From Toensbergia leucococca (lineage: Eukaryota), in NCBI GenBank assembly GCA_022813965.1, contig JALDZS010000129.1:1-64000 (forward strand): a stretch of DNA of 64,000 nt, written 5' to 3'. Positions 47,788 through 60,493 of this stretch are shown one piece after another (the first letter of the stretch is position 1; each line of letters opens with the position of its first letter). The translations under genes were made by a program, and so were the position numbers. Under the pieces are notes generated by a model. It had not been told where the DNA came from. It saw only the letters and a program-made list of their open reading frames with translations, and made no database searches.

Positions 47788-50700
47788 TCACAACCCACCC
47801 ACCACATCCTCAACCACCCCCCCCAGCATCCTCAACCCATAAAACCCCGCCACCCGTCCCAAAACGCTCAACGCCTCCACCACACTCTCCCGCCCAACGC
47901 TGCCAGCCCACTCCCCCCCACACCCACAATGCTCCATGAACTCATTCACCCGTATCTTCCGGCACTTGGCGCACTTTAGATCCTGCGTCTCCCATTCCAC
48001 CAGCGCCCGCTGCACTCGGCCGATCAGGCTCTCCTCGATCCGCAACCGGTTGTGCTCGTGGCCACAGGTGCTGCAATTCCAGGCTCGCACTTGAGTGTTG
48101 TTATCGTTGCCTCCAGAGGCACCATCTGAAGATGAGGGGATAACGTCGTCGTCGCGACAAAGGTCCAGATCGCGTGCCACTGTGCAATTTTCGCAGATGA
48201 GTTGCTGGAGGAGGAGGGTGGAGCTGGGGTTTTGGAAGCGGGCTTGGGGGCTGAATTCCTTGACTTCGAAAAAGGAGAGGAGCTCTTTGCGGAGAAGGCG
48301 CGTTTCGAGGCTCAGGGTTTTGTCGAGGGAGAAGACGTGCATGAGTGATTTGACGAGCTGGAGGACTGGGTTCATGTTGGCTAGTGGGAGATGGGAGCCG
48401 GGGAGCACGGGAAAGGAGAAGTCTGCGGCTAGGGTTGGATGGGCGATTTGGGAACGGTGGCGGGAGAGGAGGGTTAGGATTTGGCGCTTTAGGGGTTTAG
48501 AAATGGATTTTGTAAGGGTTTGACGGGTTTCGTTATCGTCGCTGTCATCGTCATTGTCGGCGAGCTTTCGGAGTGGGAGCTGGGTATGGCGGGGGGTAGA
48601 GTTTGGGTTACTAGGATTCGTTATGGAGTGACGAGGCCGCTTGAGACTATGCATGAGATCGATGAACTCGACAACCCAGTCGTGGAAAACTGATTGGTAC
48701 TGAACGGGAAGGAAAGTGCTGAGCTGCCAATGCATTATTGTGTCGAGGTTCTGAGATTCCGATTCGACAACTTCTTGACACGCCTTTCCGCCGTAGTTGA
48801 AGTCATCATACCATACAAGATAATCCCAGTATTCCTTAATGTCCAAGTCCAGGAAGTGGAACAAAGGTTTAGCCTTGATGGATTTTAGGATATACTGGCT
48901 GTAAGCATAGGCGTTGCCGACTTCGGCCTTCGTGGTTTGCAGCAGAAGACGGTTCGCGTTAGCAAATACTACATGCGAGCCTACGCGTTTGAAGTCCATC
49001 ATGAGTTGCTGGAAGGCCTTTCGAGACATCATTTGCACGTAGTAGTGCAAGGATCGGTCATAAAGGAAGGAATCGGGATTCTCAACCCAGCGAACGAGAT
49101 GTTGTACCATGACATCGGCCATATTGCTGCCCTTACAGGCTTCTGTCCACCAAGCTTTCACCATCTCCCTCATCACCGTGATGCCTGCCGAAGCAAAGGC
49201 GTTGTCCGAGTACAGGACATTCGAGCCGTTGCTGGGCTCATCTCCAGACGGTGCGGCTGGATTGAACGCCACCGAGTCGCTCCCTTCAAGCTCATTAATC
49301 AGGGACGAAGTTAGTATCGTGTTGATGGCTAGATTTCGAACATTCAATTCAATGCAGACCGACGAGTAAGTGCCAGGATTGTTGACCGCAGGCATCTCTA
49401 CTGTCTCCATTGGACCCAATATGTCATCTTTTTCGTAACCAGCGTGATCAGGTCGCGGGCCTGCAGCCCACCAAAGGACTACATTGCTCTTCTGCAAGCG
49501 CCGTGCATACGCAATGTCAATAAGAAATCGCGGATCATCTCGTTCCAAATTGCATATGGGTATATCCCCGTATCTAGCAAGCTCCATAAGATGACTGATC
49601 CATGAGCCCAGCGCAAGGTAATGGGTCACGAGCCGCTTCACGATGAATGGCTGCCAGCCAAGTGGAGGCAACTTACTATCAGACATCTCCACCTTCAAGG
49701 GAAGGATGGGGAACTCTCTCAACAGAGGTACGTCGTGGACTAGTAGTCGTCTCTGAGGTGATTGAATGACAAGCATTGTTGGTCTGCTTTCATCGTTCCG
49801 CGCCTTTTTGAATATGTCACCGAGCTCCAGGCACGCTTTGCGTTTAGTTGTAACCTGGCTGACCTTGAAATGAATTTTCTCCTGGTAGTCAAATATATTT
49901 TGCCAGGGTTCTCCTTCGCTGTCTTGTAGTCGCCGCGCCAGAAGATCAGAATATATTTTGTCAGCGTTCGGTAAGTTCTGAGAATCCTTTGATCGGTCCA
50001 GGACGATGATGTTGGCCTCGCTCTTTGTTGTCGAGAAAACCGCAAATATCTGCCGCTCGCCGGCGACCAGATGATACAAGAACAAGAACCTCATCTCAAT
50101 TCCCAAGAGATAGGGTTGTTTGACTGCAGTTCTCCTCAACGCCGAGAGATCAAAACCTTGCTCCAGGCCCTTTCCCAGGACCCCTTTTTGAGTCTCGTCG
50201 AATGTGCAGAGACTTCCTAGCTGCAAGACAGCCCGCATAGCCAAAGGCACTTGTTTCTCATATACGCCTTCGACACTAGGATGGTTGAACAACGTGGCTA
50301 GTTTCTGAGCATCTTTGACGTATACTTCTTCGGGCATCACGAGCTTGAATAGGTGTATAGATGGGTGCCCGTTCGGCAAAGTGTGAGTGACCTTCTCGAC
50401 CTGACATCCGTCTATCTCTACATCGGGTAGGTCCTTTCCTTTCAAGTTTAGGAAGACCTGCCGGGGAACGTTTACTGTCAACACATGTATCTTTCTATCG
50501 ATCAAGACAAAGGCCCGGACTTCGCCTGGGGAATCGGATTCACGCAGTTGCAGCACTTGCCATGTGTTGGTAAATAGCATTTCGGCCTGGTTTCGAAAAA
50601 TTCCTCCCAGTGTATCCGATGCTGCGTTACTACGCTCCCCAAAGAGTTGTCGTCGGCGTATTCGTGCTTGCTTCTGGATCTTCCATTTTACTTTCTGGTA

Positions 50701-53700
50701 GCGAAGAAATCCTTCGTAGTCTTTCAACATTGATGGCATGTTTGCTGGGAGACTAGCATACGGATCTGCTGTCACTGCCGTCGAGGGCTCTGGTGCCTTT
50801 CTCTTCTGAACCATCTTGGGTAGTTGACTCATCTTCGCCTTTGACAACTGAGATGATCCCAAGTCTTCGATATCACCAGGTAGTCTATGATCCAGCGTGT
50901 TGCTGGGTAGTTCGGATAATGGAGTCTTGTCAAAAAGATCTGTCATCTTCTTTTGTTTGAATCTGTCATCCTTGATATTGATCCTATGTTGCAGCCATTC
51001 TGGATGTCCAACTCTAGGCACTGGATTGCGGACTTTTTGTAGCGCCGCAGGGATGGTGATGAGCTTCTGAACCACTGAACCCAATCGATCTAAATAGTAA
51101 TCCCAATCAATGATAGTCCGAGGGTCCAGGTCGCCTGGGTCTTCTCGCATCCATTTTCGCAGAAAAGACCGCCTTACATGCGCATCAGCCGAAAAGATAG
51201 CAACAGGAATGGCACGTTCCGTTACAGGAGCATTCTTGGGCCTCGATGAGATGATGTATTTGCAATTCAACCCTTTGTCCTTTGTCATTTGCTCTCCCAA
51301 AAAATCCGCTAGTCGCTTCGCAGTTGTAATGGACGTGGACTTTTGCGACCCGTACTCTTCTAGAGTCTTTGACATGCTCTTATTCTCGCAGATCAGATCA
51401 ATCAATTCCTCATCTGCAAGTGTTGAGCCGTGCTGATGCAGCACATCAAGCCAACGATTGGCGATCTTGGCCACAGCAGCATATGTCTCTATCAGGGTGG
51501 TTCCTTCGAGGAAGAACTTGAAGATCTGGGTTTGGAAGATTTTGATAAGCTTCAACTCTCCCCTTCGCTTGACTTCGAATCCCTTCAATTCTGCGAGAGT
51601 CCCGTCGTGGTTGAAGACAGCATAACGCTTTTTGAGATTCTTGTCTTCTTCCTTTGATGTGGGAAGAATCATGGCTCGGTATGGTCCATCAACCTCGAAA
51701 AAGATTGAGTTGTCACTGTGAGTCTCATATCTGAAGGTCTGAGGATCGACCAGATCCTGGTATTGATGATTGGTAAACTTGGCGTGGACAAGGTGATTAA
51801 GCATGACGCATGGATATGATATCGTCAATCGTTTCCCGTTTTTGAGGGTGAAGGTGACATTTTCTGGGAAAGTAGCGGGTAGCATGCACCAAATTCCGTC
51901 TGTATCAAGCTCCAACGGTCTCCCTATACGTTCGACCAGTTCTCTTGCCATCTGAATAATATGAGCCCCTGTCAGACACGTAACTCCAGCCATCTCCATC
52001 GAGTACCACCGAGAGCCTTTGCGCATGACATAACCATAGAAACTGTTCAGGATGACTTTGTGTGCAAGCTGGAGGGAATCAAAGAGGATGATCATCTTCT
52101 TTGCTTCCTCTATCTCCAAAGACGTGGCTCCTGACGCCTTCAAACTCTCGGTTTTACCCTTCCATACCTTTTGCTGACCTTTGAAGTCATATCGACGATC
52201 TCGAAAATTCTTGACAGTATCAACATAGAAGGGATTTTCGCGCTGGCAGATGATAGCTTCACGTTCGATTGTCTTCGTTTCGTGGATCTTGTGATAGATC
52301 TTCTTGCTGTAATCCTGAAGTCTCTTTTTAACCATAGTTGATTGTTCTTCAGAACCTAGATCCTGAAAGGTTCGGGCAGGACTGTTTGGATAACGGCCTG
52401 GGAATCGCTCGTTTTCGAGAGCATGTCTGATCATGTTATACTCATTCTTATGTGCTGGCAGGAATTCTCCTCTCCAGGACCACGGCATCCTTCGATCGCA
52501 CGTTTTACCAGGTCGGTTGAAGTCGCAAGCGGCGCAGTCAGATTCCTGGATCATAGAATCGGGCTGCAATCGATTCGTAGTCATAATGTTTGGATACATG
52601 GACGCAACATCTAGATGATATATTGATGGCTTCTCGTTTCTGTTTGGCGTAGCCTTTAGACTCTCTAACTTCTCAATGATCTCAGCCTTTACGTCGTCGT
52701 AATTTGTCACATCATCTAGAGACTTTTTTTCTTCCACTACGATACTGAAACGCAAGGCGGCATCTAAATCTCGCAGGAGCTCGTCAACAGCGGTAGTATC
52801 CAATGCAAAATTGACTGGTATGTCGCTCCGGAATACCCCAGCTTCGATACTTTCCACATGGCCTCCAACGTACGTCTCAGATTCAAGAAGATGGCCATCC
52901 CAGAATGTTTCTTTCGGCTCCTTGTGCTTGTTTGGGAGTACAATACCTTTTTGATAAGCCTGGACCATGAGTAGCATTTCACAGAGTGTTCCGGTTCCTT
53001 TGCGTAGAACATCGTCAGGATTAAGGGGAATGATTGTACAGAGAGAGAATATGAAGGGATGAACGTATTTCATGTAGAGGTAGTAGGTGGCAACCGCATC
53101 CGAGACTGAGTATTCGGCCAACGTTTGCGGCCTCTCGCTGGCATATCGTAACATGAGCTCTGGATCCAGCTCGTCAGGATCATATCCTAATTTCGCAACT
53201 GTGACAGCTTTGAGGCCTCGGCTTCCTTGGGGCAGGTAGCTATCTCTGTTCACCCAGCTGAAACAGTCCATGTGGACGCAATAGTCACTCTGGTAGATGT
53301 CTTCGCTGTTCTTTCGGAAACCTATTTCCTGGTACATGTCAATTCCAAGAACACTGGCTCTGGCTTCAACAAATGGCCAGTCAAAAAAATCCCCGTTGTA
53401 AGTCGCTATGACCGTCGGTTTAGCCTCTTTGATGTGCAGAAAGAATCGTTCAATCAGCGCTTTCTCATTTGGCTCGTTGAAGATAAGGAAAGGTCCATCG
53501 TACTCGGGCTTTGGAGTGTATTCGAAATCAGAAATATCTTCTGATACAATCTCACGATTGGTAATTAAAAACCCCTGACCGTCAATCATATAGGATATCA
53601 TCATGATCTGGTCGATCACGGCATCTGGAAATTTTAAAGGTAATTTAGTCGTTTCGATATCGTAGGCCAGGACGACGGGATCCGCCCGTTGTAATCGTTC

Positions 53701-54621
53701 CTCAATGCAGGTGAAATTGGTGACGCCATGCTTTGCTTCTACTGTGTACCATTTACCAATTCGTATATCTAATCTCGTCAGTTTTATGCACTCAGCGTGT
53801 CATTCTGGAAGACATTATCACCTCTGTCGATCGCAACTCGCACATGATAAGGAACATCATACTCCCGGATATCAACAATGTAATCGCTCGCATCTGCAAT
53901 GCCATGAAGTCGTCTATCATTATCTCGTTCGTCATCATAAAGGTCAAATCCGGCGTTGGCACTAAGGAGGTGAGCGAATATACATTCTGTGTAAACAAGG
54001 GGGTTTACCATACCTTGCAACTTCAGCATAAGTATCCATAGCATTTAGCCCTTTCTTATTCTTCTCGGCAATTGGCATGATGGTTTTCCTTACGTTCAGT
54101 AGATCTCCAACGTTTGCAAAGGTCAGTTGCAGGAAGGTTCTCCTGTACCCCAGCAAATGATTTGGCATTTGTAGGTCCTCCTTCTCAAGCCTCCGTAGTC
54201 TCTTCACTAGGCCTTCGAACATTCGTCGGCACCATTCTTCCACCTCGGCTTCTCTTCCCCTTTTCACGGCAATCAAGAAATATGGATCATATTCCATGGT
54301 GGCTTTGAAAGTGCCTCCATCCTCTTCTAAGAAGTAGTAGTCCACTCCAGCACGACCACCAGGAACCTTCTCATCTTCAACACTCGTGCTGTGCATGTTA
54401 CAAAGCCATCCAACTTTCTTTTTTCCAGAATCATAGCGAGCGAAGCCCATCGATTCATCGATGGTGTTGGCAAGGCGCGTGGCTTGGATTTTCTCATCTT
54501 GCGACGTTGCTTCGCTTGTACGAAGGGCAGAGGCGTCGATGGTTTTGGTGCGCGGATTGAAGGATGACTTGGCTGAGCGAAAATTACGCCCAAAGCTTCG
54601 ATCCGGCTTGCGTGAAGGCAT
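47788..54621 (-). CDS. POL2: DNA polymerase epsilon catalytic subunit, 3 exons
   Basis: YDIET exonuclease motif, TYNGDFFDWPF, LDVASMYPNI, KVILNSFYGY, ELDTDG, C-terminal Cys clusters. Confidence 0.98.
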
Positions 54622-54809
54622 GATGCCCTTTGGGAGAGGGGGTCTTTGTCAAGAGGTCTGAAGCTCTAAGGGACCGGATACCGCCGCATTATATGTTTCG
54701 CGCCTCAGTTCAATTGGATCGTTATGTTTTGGGGTTCGGCCATTTGATAAGCTCCCAAAACCGAAGACGGTGTTGTTCGCTGAGCATGTTAAAGTGCTTC
54801 ACGATTCAG

Positions 54810-54837
54810 TCGCGTTTTCGGTCATTTCGAGACGCGT
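54810..54837. promoter_or_regulatory. MCB-like elements (TCGCGT, ACGCGT) in the POL2/COX20 divergent promoter
   Basis: ACGCGT at 54832-54837. MluI boxes typify G1/S replication genes in fungi. Confidence 0.55.
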
Positions 54838-54954
54838 TCTGAAGTGGAAGAACTAAGATCCATATCCCTGCTAGTGTCCGCGGCAGACGGCCGACAGCCG
54901 ACAGCCGAGATACTTAGTCAATAAGTGCAGAAACACACGCAGCATCCAAACAGC

Positions 54955-55525
54955 ATGGCCGCAGATACTCGGGACGACACCCCATCCCCGAAGACGCCTG
55001 AGGATCGCTCAAACCCCCCGCCACATCGAGGGAAAACCTACGAAACGTTCAATGTCCCCGCAGCACCTGAAAATGCAAATGCCTTACCGGGAGGAAATAC
55101 GAACACTGCCGGCGGAAGACCTAAGGAGGTAGGCATCATCGACGCTGCCAAGACGGTCAGACTAGAGGATTTAAAAGAGGTGCATAAGAAACCATGCGTG
55201 CGGGACGCGCTGTTGACAGGCATCGGTGCTGGCTTCGGCATCGGTGGCATACGTGGCATCTTAGGAGGTGGCGTATAGTACTATGCCTCAAAATGTTGCG
55301 TAGTAGCTAACGATTCTAGCACCAATCTTCATTGCTTGTAATTGGGCCGTTGGAACTTTCTGCTTTGGTTCATTTGCAATGTACCAATTCTGCCAGAGAA
55401 AAAGGCAGTTGGAGATGCAAGGTATGAAAAGGGCCGTAGAAATTATTGACCGAAAGAAGCTCGAAAAGGAACAGAAGGCCGAGGAAGCTAGAGCGGCGAG
55501 AAGGCGGGCAAAGGAGGGTGCTTAA
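54955..55525 (+). CDS. COX20: Cytochrome c oxidase assembly protein Cox20, 2 exons
   Basis: PCVRDALLTGIGAGFGIGG, ACNWAVGTF, YQFCQRKRQLEMQGM. Confidence 0.88.
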
Positions 55526-55753
55526 GATGGTTGAAAATGCATTTTCTTGTTGTCTCCAACGGCTAAAGTCTACAGTACTCACACTTCTAGTTAATGCCAA
55601 TGTCCGGCTGCCGTGATTTATAAGCAGGGTTATTTTTGAACCAAAGTCCTGATACATGAGGGGTTCATACGTGGTGTTTGCCTTTGTGGAATCGCCTACT
55701 AATGTCACTGTTACAAAGTCGCAATGTTGTGACCCCCAGTAACATGAATCCCT

Positions 55754-57511
55754 TTACCGAGTAGGGCGGAGGTCTACAACTTCAAACTCCAAGCCCTTGG
55801 CTTCAAAGACATGTCCTGGCCTCAGCGCATCAGTATAGATATCACTTTCGGCATGCGGATGGAAAAGCCCAGTTTGTGTACAGTCTAGAATTGATCTCAT
55901 TCCCGGCGGGTCAGTAAGGCGGAAAACACCCCATCTATGACGGTCAGCCTTGTACGTTCTTGAAGATAAAGACAACACGTACTTTCCCTTACTCGGAGCA
56001 CAAACAATGGCAATGCTTTCAGGCATCATCACCTGATAACCACAATGAGTATGCAAATCCCGGGAACTCATGAAGCAGGTTTGCGTTGGATGAGTATGGA
56101 TCCAGCCCAGAACCATGAGGTCCTCCCCATCGACAAAATCAAAAAGACTGCTTTCGTTCACCGTCTCACAAGTATCTGATGTGCTTTCTTGGTCGGGTAT
56201 CACAAGTTTAGAGATGAACAACGCGTTTGATATCAGGGTACCGCATAAAATACCACAGGTCTCGAGGTTAGCGCGTGTGTTAGGAAGAGCAAGAGAGAGA
56301 AAGCGATGGCGAAGATCTGGAGGCAGGAAGATGGTGCGGAGAGGACTCCCGTTTTCCAGGTATGCCGAGGGCTTGAATGTGAACGTTGAAGGCTTCAGAT
56401 CCACCTGCTGCGGCGGCATCGTGATCGAGGGTTGGGAAGAAGGCTCATCGCGAAACGCTAGAGGTTTCTCCAGCTTGGGAGGTTGGGGCACATCATAAGA
56501 CGGTGGTCTGTTGTCTTTCGGAGGAATCTCTGGTGGTTTCGTAGCTTTCAATATACCTGGAGATGTGGCGCCTTTTGCTGAGCTTGGAAGAAGCGGATCT
56601 GGCTTCCACGTCTCATATGCACTTTTCTCAGGAACTGTTGGGTAGTAATAGGGTGACGTCTGAGCCTCGAATGATGGACGTTTACTCCAAGTTCGAGTAG
56701 TCTCGCTCGTGGAACCGTTTACTTGTAACCGAACGTTTTGCATTTGTTTGCTCAAAGTATCTCGATCCATTCCTTGATCGTCCTGGGTGAAGGCTTCCTC
56801 CCAGTTTCCCCATAACCCTGCAGTGCGCCTTCCCTGCTCTTCTTCTTCAGATATCCCAGCTTGTCGCGTAGCCTTTCTGGCAGTAGCTCGCCGCTTGATC
56901 TCTTTGTGTGCCAACCTCACGGCCAAATCTTTGTTATCTCCGGCGGCCAATGCCTCGGTGCTGCCAGCGACAGCAGGATCTGACGGGAAACGTACGTGCT
57001 TGCTCGGTTGATTCGAAGTGCTTGGGTCCTTATCGTAGGATTTCCTTGTCGAATTAGTGGACGCATTCCTGGCGTCTCGATCCCGGATGAGCTGCTCATA
57101 TCTATCGTAGCGCTTGTTAATTCGTGGTTTGAGTACCTCTAATTTAGCAAGGCTGTTCTGAACCTCCTTTTCAGCTTGAAGGAGATTGAATCGATTCTCT
57201 TGTTCTCGCGCATCAGGATGGCTTGAAAGGCTACCTAGTACTAATTGTGCATGGCGGAAAAGTAGAAGGTACGTCTGCTGGTCATTTCCTTCATGCTCAT
57301 AAATCTCCGCCTGTAAGACAACGTCAGCTGGAGAATACAACACTATGGAGAGGTGGAAAGATGCCTCTTTTAACAGAGTAGCAGCGGTCCTCAGCCAATA
57401 TTTGAGTGGTATCAGAGGGTTGTAGTCAAAGCTCTGTGCTTTCTTAACAATCTGCTCCACGTTCATCGGCCTTGGAGGAGCTGTCTCGTCGCCATGGCTG
57501 CGTTCATCCAT
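55754..57511 (-). CDS. AMSH/STAMBP-like JAMM deubiquitinase
   Basis: USP8-dimer/MIT-like N-terminus; ETCGILCG, GWIHTHPTQTCFMSSRDLHTH. Two in-frame introns lie within the 585-aa ORF. Confidence 0.93.
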   Translation of the reverse strand: MDERSHGDETAPPRPMNVEQIVKKAQSFDYNPLIPLKYWLRTAATLLKEASFHLSIVLYSPADVVLQAEIYEHEGNDQQTYLLLFRHAQLVLGSLSSHPDAREQENRFNLLQAEKEVQNSLAKLEVLKPRINKRYDRYEQLIRDRDARNASTNSTRKSYDKDPSTSNQPSKHVRFPSDPAVAGSTEALAAGDNKDLAVRLAHKEIKRRATARKATRQAGISEEEEQGRRTAGLWGNWEEAFTQDDQGMDRDTLSKQMQNVRLQVNGSTSETTRTWSKRPSFEAQTSPYYYPTVPEKSAYETWKPDPLLPSSAKGATSPGILKATKPPEIPPKDNRPPSYDVPQPPKLEKPLAFRDEPSSQPSITMPPQQVDLKPSTFTFKPSAYLENGSPLRTIFLPPDLRHRFLSLALPNTRANLETCGILCGTLISNALFISKLVIPDQESTSDTCETVNESSLFDFVDGEDLMVLGWIHTHPTQTCFMSSRDLHTHCGYQVMMPESIAIVCAPSKGKYVLSLSSRTYKADRHRWGVFRLTDPPGMRSILDCTQTGLFHPHAESDIYTDALRPGHVFEAKGLEFEVVDLRPTR

Positions 57512-57862
57512 TACCAGTCAATATTACAGCGAGATGAGTCGTCGTGATATCATATTTCGAAGATGCTGTTGCCTCACTTCTTAATACGTGACGCTTTACT
57601 TTCGGCACAGGGCACGATTACTCCGTAGGCCGATAACATTTTTGGTTTTCACGTCACTGATATTTTGTCACTTTCATCCGTCACATCGAGGTCGTGGTTA
57701 GATACATATGACTTCTACGCGTAGATAGGTATCACAGCGTTTGCAGAATTGAATTTGCCTCTCTCGATAAATTCGAAATTCCTTCAGCCATTCTCAACAT
57801 CGAGCTACCAATCTTTGGTGAATCTTTCGCATATCACACATCTTCATGGACCTTACTGGAAC

Positions 57863-59738
57863 ATGCGCAGTTCCGTTATTCTCCAAGCTTTTAAACACCC
57901 CTTGATCGAGAAACTGACAGGTCTGCGGCCTAAGGATTTGCATAGCACAACCATCGTAAGCCCTGGCCTCTGTGGTACGTCGAAGCCAAGCACAAGGCAT
58001 CTTGCGCAATCCTTCTTCATAATATCATGCCTAAGATCTGATAGATGATGTCCTCCGACAACTTCGCCCAAGTCTTGCCCGACACACCAATTGCGATATC
58101 ATTGACATTAACCCTGGGGCGGGCTTATTTTCATCCAAAATCCATGATATTTTGAAGCCACGGACCCATATTCTTGTTCAACGCCATGACAATTACCTTC
58201 CACTTCTCAAACCTTTGGTTGATCTTCCTGGTTCTCGTTACCATCTAGTAGATTGGAATGACGCGGAATCATGGGACGCTTCACGCTACATTGCTGAAGG
58301 CCTGTTACCTGGTCAGAAGCCAGTAGAGTCTAAAAATCCAGGAAATATGAGGCGGAATGATGCATTGCTTATACTTGCAAATGTGACGTCTGCGAATCAG
58401 ATTCATAGCTCTCCAGCTAGTGCAGCTAATGCAGCCGCAGTTCATAAATCTTCCTTGAAAATTTATGACTACCTACAAGCGTTGAAAGGAATGTCAGGAT
58501 TTCATGCTGATGGCCCGGTCAGAATGTTACTGTGGGTGAACGACTCTGAAAAGCATGCCGTCCTGCCGCGGGGAATTGCGCGCCGAAAGAAACTTAGTGT
58601 TCAAGTAGACATGATGTGCCAGGTCGACGAGATTGTTAGTGCTTTAGGAGCACCTGAACTCCCGAAACAATTTGCCCGTGAAACCTATCTGGACATTGAG
58701 AGTGGAATGCGAGTTGCGAAGCGAATGGCACAGCACGGATTTGAAATACCCCAAGAACGCCAAGATGAAATACAGCAGCAAGTACAACATGCATTACTAC
58801 ACCCAAACATTCTTGGCAAAGCAGCATCGCCAACTTCTATTGGATGGGAATCCAGTGTGCACCGCGAATGGCACGAAGAGCATAGTCGCTTGAAACAAGG
58901 ATTTGAAGTTGGGACCTTCACTAAATACATCGGAGGCCCCCCTGGATTGAAAAACTTCAGTGTTCGATCAACTCCGAAAAATCCGAGAAAAATGACGCCA
59001 GAATACGAGACGTGGAAACGCTTGGAGGTCAATTTCAAGATTCAGCAGAAAAATAAGGGGAAAGTGGAAAGCTTCATTCAGGACGAAGCAAAGATAGATG
59101 CTCTCTATGCTCGTATTTTGAAGGAGGACCTTGGTGAGGCCAAACGGAAGGCCCAATTAGAGGAGGTAGATCGTAACGTTCGACAGATGAAGGACCGCTT
59201 AGAGACTGTTGCTCTAGCCATACGAGATCTCTTTTCGGTCACAAGCGATAACAGGAAAGCGTTTGCTCAAGAGCCACCGCTACTGATGTGGGACCGGCGA
59301 GAATCAGAGCCGATTGGAGCATACGAAGATGAATGGTATCCACCAAAGCACATGGCATTACTTGACTTTCAGCCCAGGCTTTCGTATCAATCCTCCATGA
59401 CTGCAGCACAGGAAGCTTGCGTAGACCCTATTCTGGGCACCCTCTTCGCTCAGGGGGGCTCGAACATTCTTGCCGGCATTGATTCGCTTGCCCCTGGGGC
59501 AGCAAAAGCCTTGGTACCCCACTTATCCTCGCTCCAGGATCCGAAGAAAGGCGGAAAATATGACCTGAGGAGCTTCCATCCTCGAATGCTTACGCCTGCA
59601 ATGGTGAAAGAAATAGTTGTTGCTTGGGAAAAGTGGCCGTTTAAGCCCAATTTAGCGGTTCTCATGAACTCGATTAGAAGTGTCAAAGATGATAAGGACC
59701 GACGATACAGGCACGGAGGGCAACCGAACCCTTTTTGA
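57863..59738 (+). CDS. MTF1: Mitochondrial transcription factor Mtf1 (rRNA adenine methyltransferase fold), 2 exons
   Basis: IVSPGLC-DDVL, DIIDINPGAGLFSSKIHDILKPRTH, GPVRMLLW, LMWDRR, W.KWPFKP. Confidence 0.8.
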
Positions 59739-60493
59739 GCGTACAAGCCTTAGGGTGCATCTATGATCATTGGCGGCATTGCGGGCGTATTACTGTATCG
59801 AGCTTGAATGTACCATTATGTAAAAGGCGGGTATCACGCCGGCGGGCATTGCTCATTCTATTTTCTGGATCTCTACATATCTGCTTGCGAGCTTCAGCGA
59901 CCCTACGATTCTTTTCGTTGGAGTCGGTGCATCACCTGTACTTTGGGTCTGTGTCGCTCTGCTCGTCATGACCAAAACATTTCGACGGCGTATGAGGCCC
60001 GCTCAAACATTTGTGGTGGCGAGCTTCACTACACAGCACAAGAACGTCTTCAAATAGTCATGAAAGGCGAAATGGGCCTTCACCGCTGAAATTTCAAAAC
60101 ATTCCCAATATCAAAGATTCATCTTGGACATTTGAAGCACATGATCATCTTCAGTACACTTGTCGCTCGCTGTCTTTAGCATTGCCATTTTGCTCATGTT
60201 TATGGTGCGTGGTAGTCAGATGCTCTACGAGCAGGCACACGGATCGGAGAAAACTCCAAGTTATGCTTGAGAAGTACTGCACAAATTCTCCGGGGTTGGG
60301 TCAAGTCTTTACAGATGAGCACTATGAATTTCTTGAGGCATATATGCATCAGCTGGTGGTTATCCAATGAGAATCCTGTTCTCATCAATGGCAAAAAAAG
60401 CTTTGAGGACAAAATGACCGCTCTGTACGAGGTCTCTTAAGGTGTTTTCTTGATGGGCCGTTTCTAATCTTTGATAACGAGAATGTATTTCTA

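Noticed and set aside
47788..53619. Intein or other insertion in POL2
   Set aside because: Polymerase motifs are contiguous, total length is typical, and no splicing or LAGLIDADG motifs were seen
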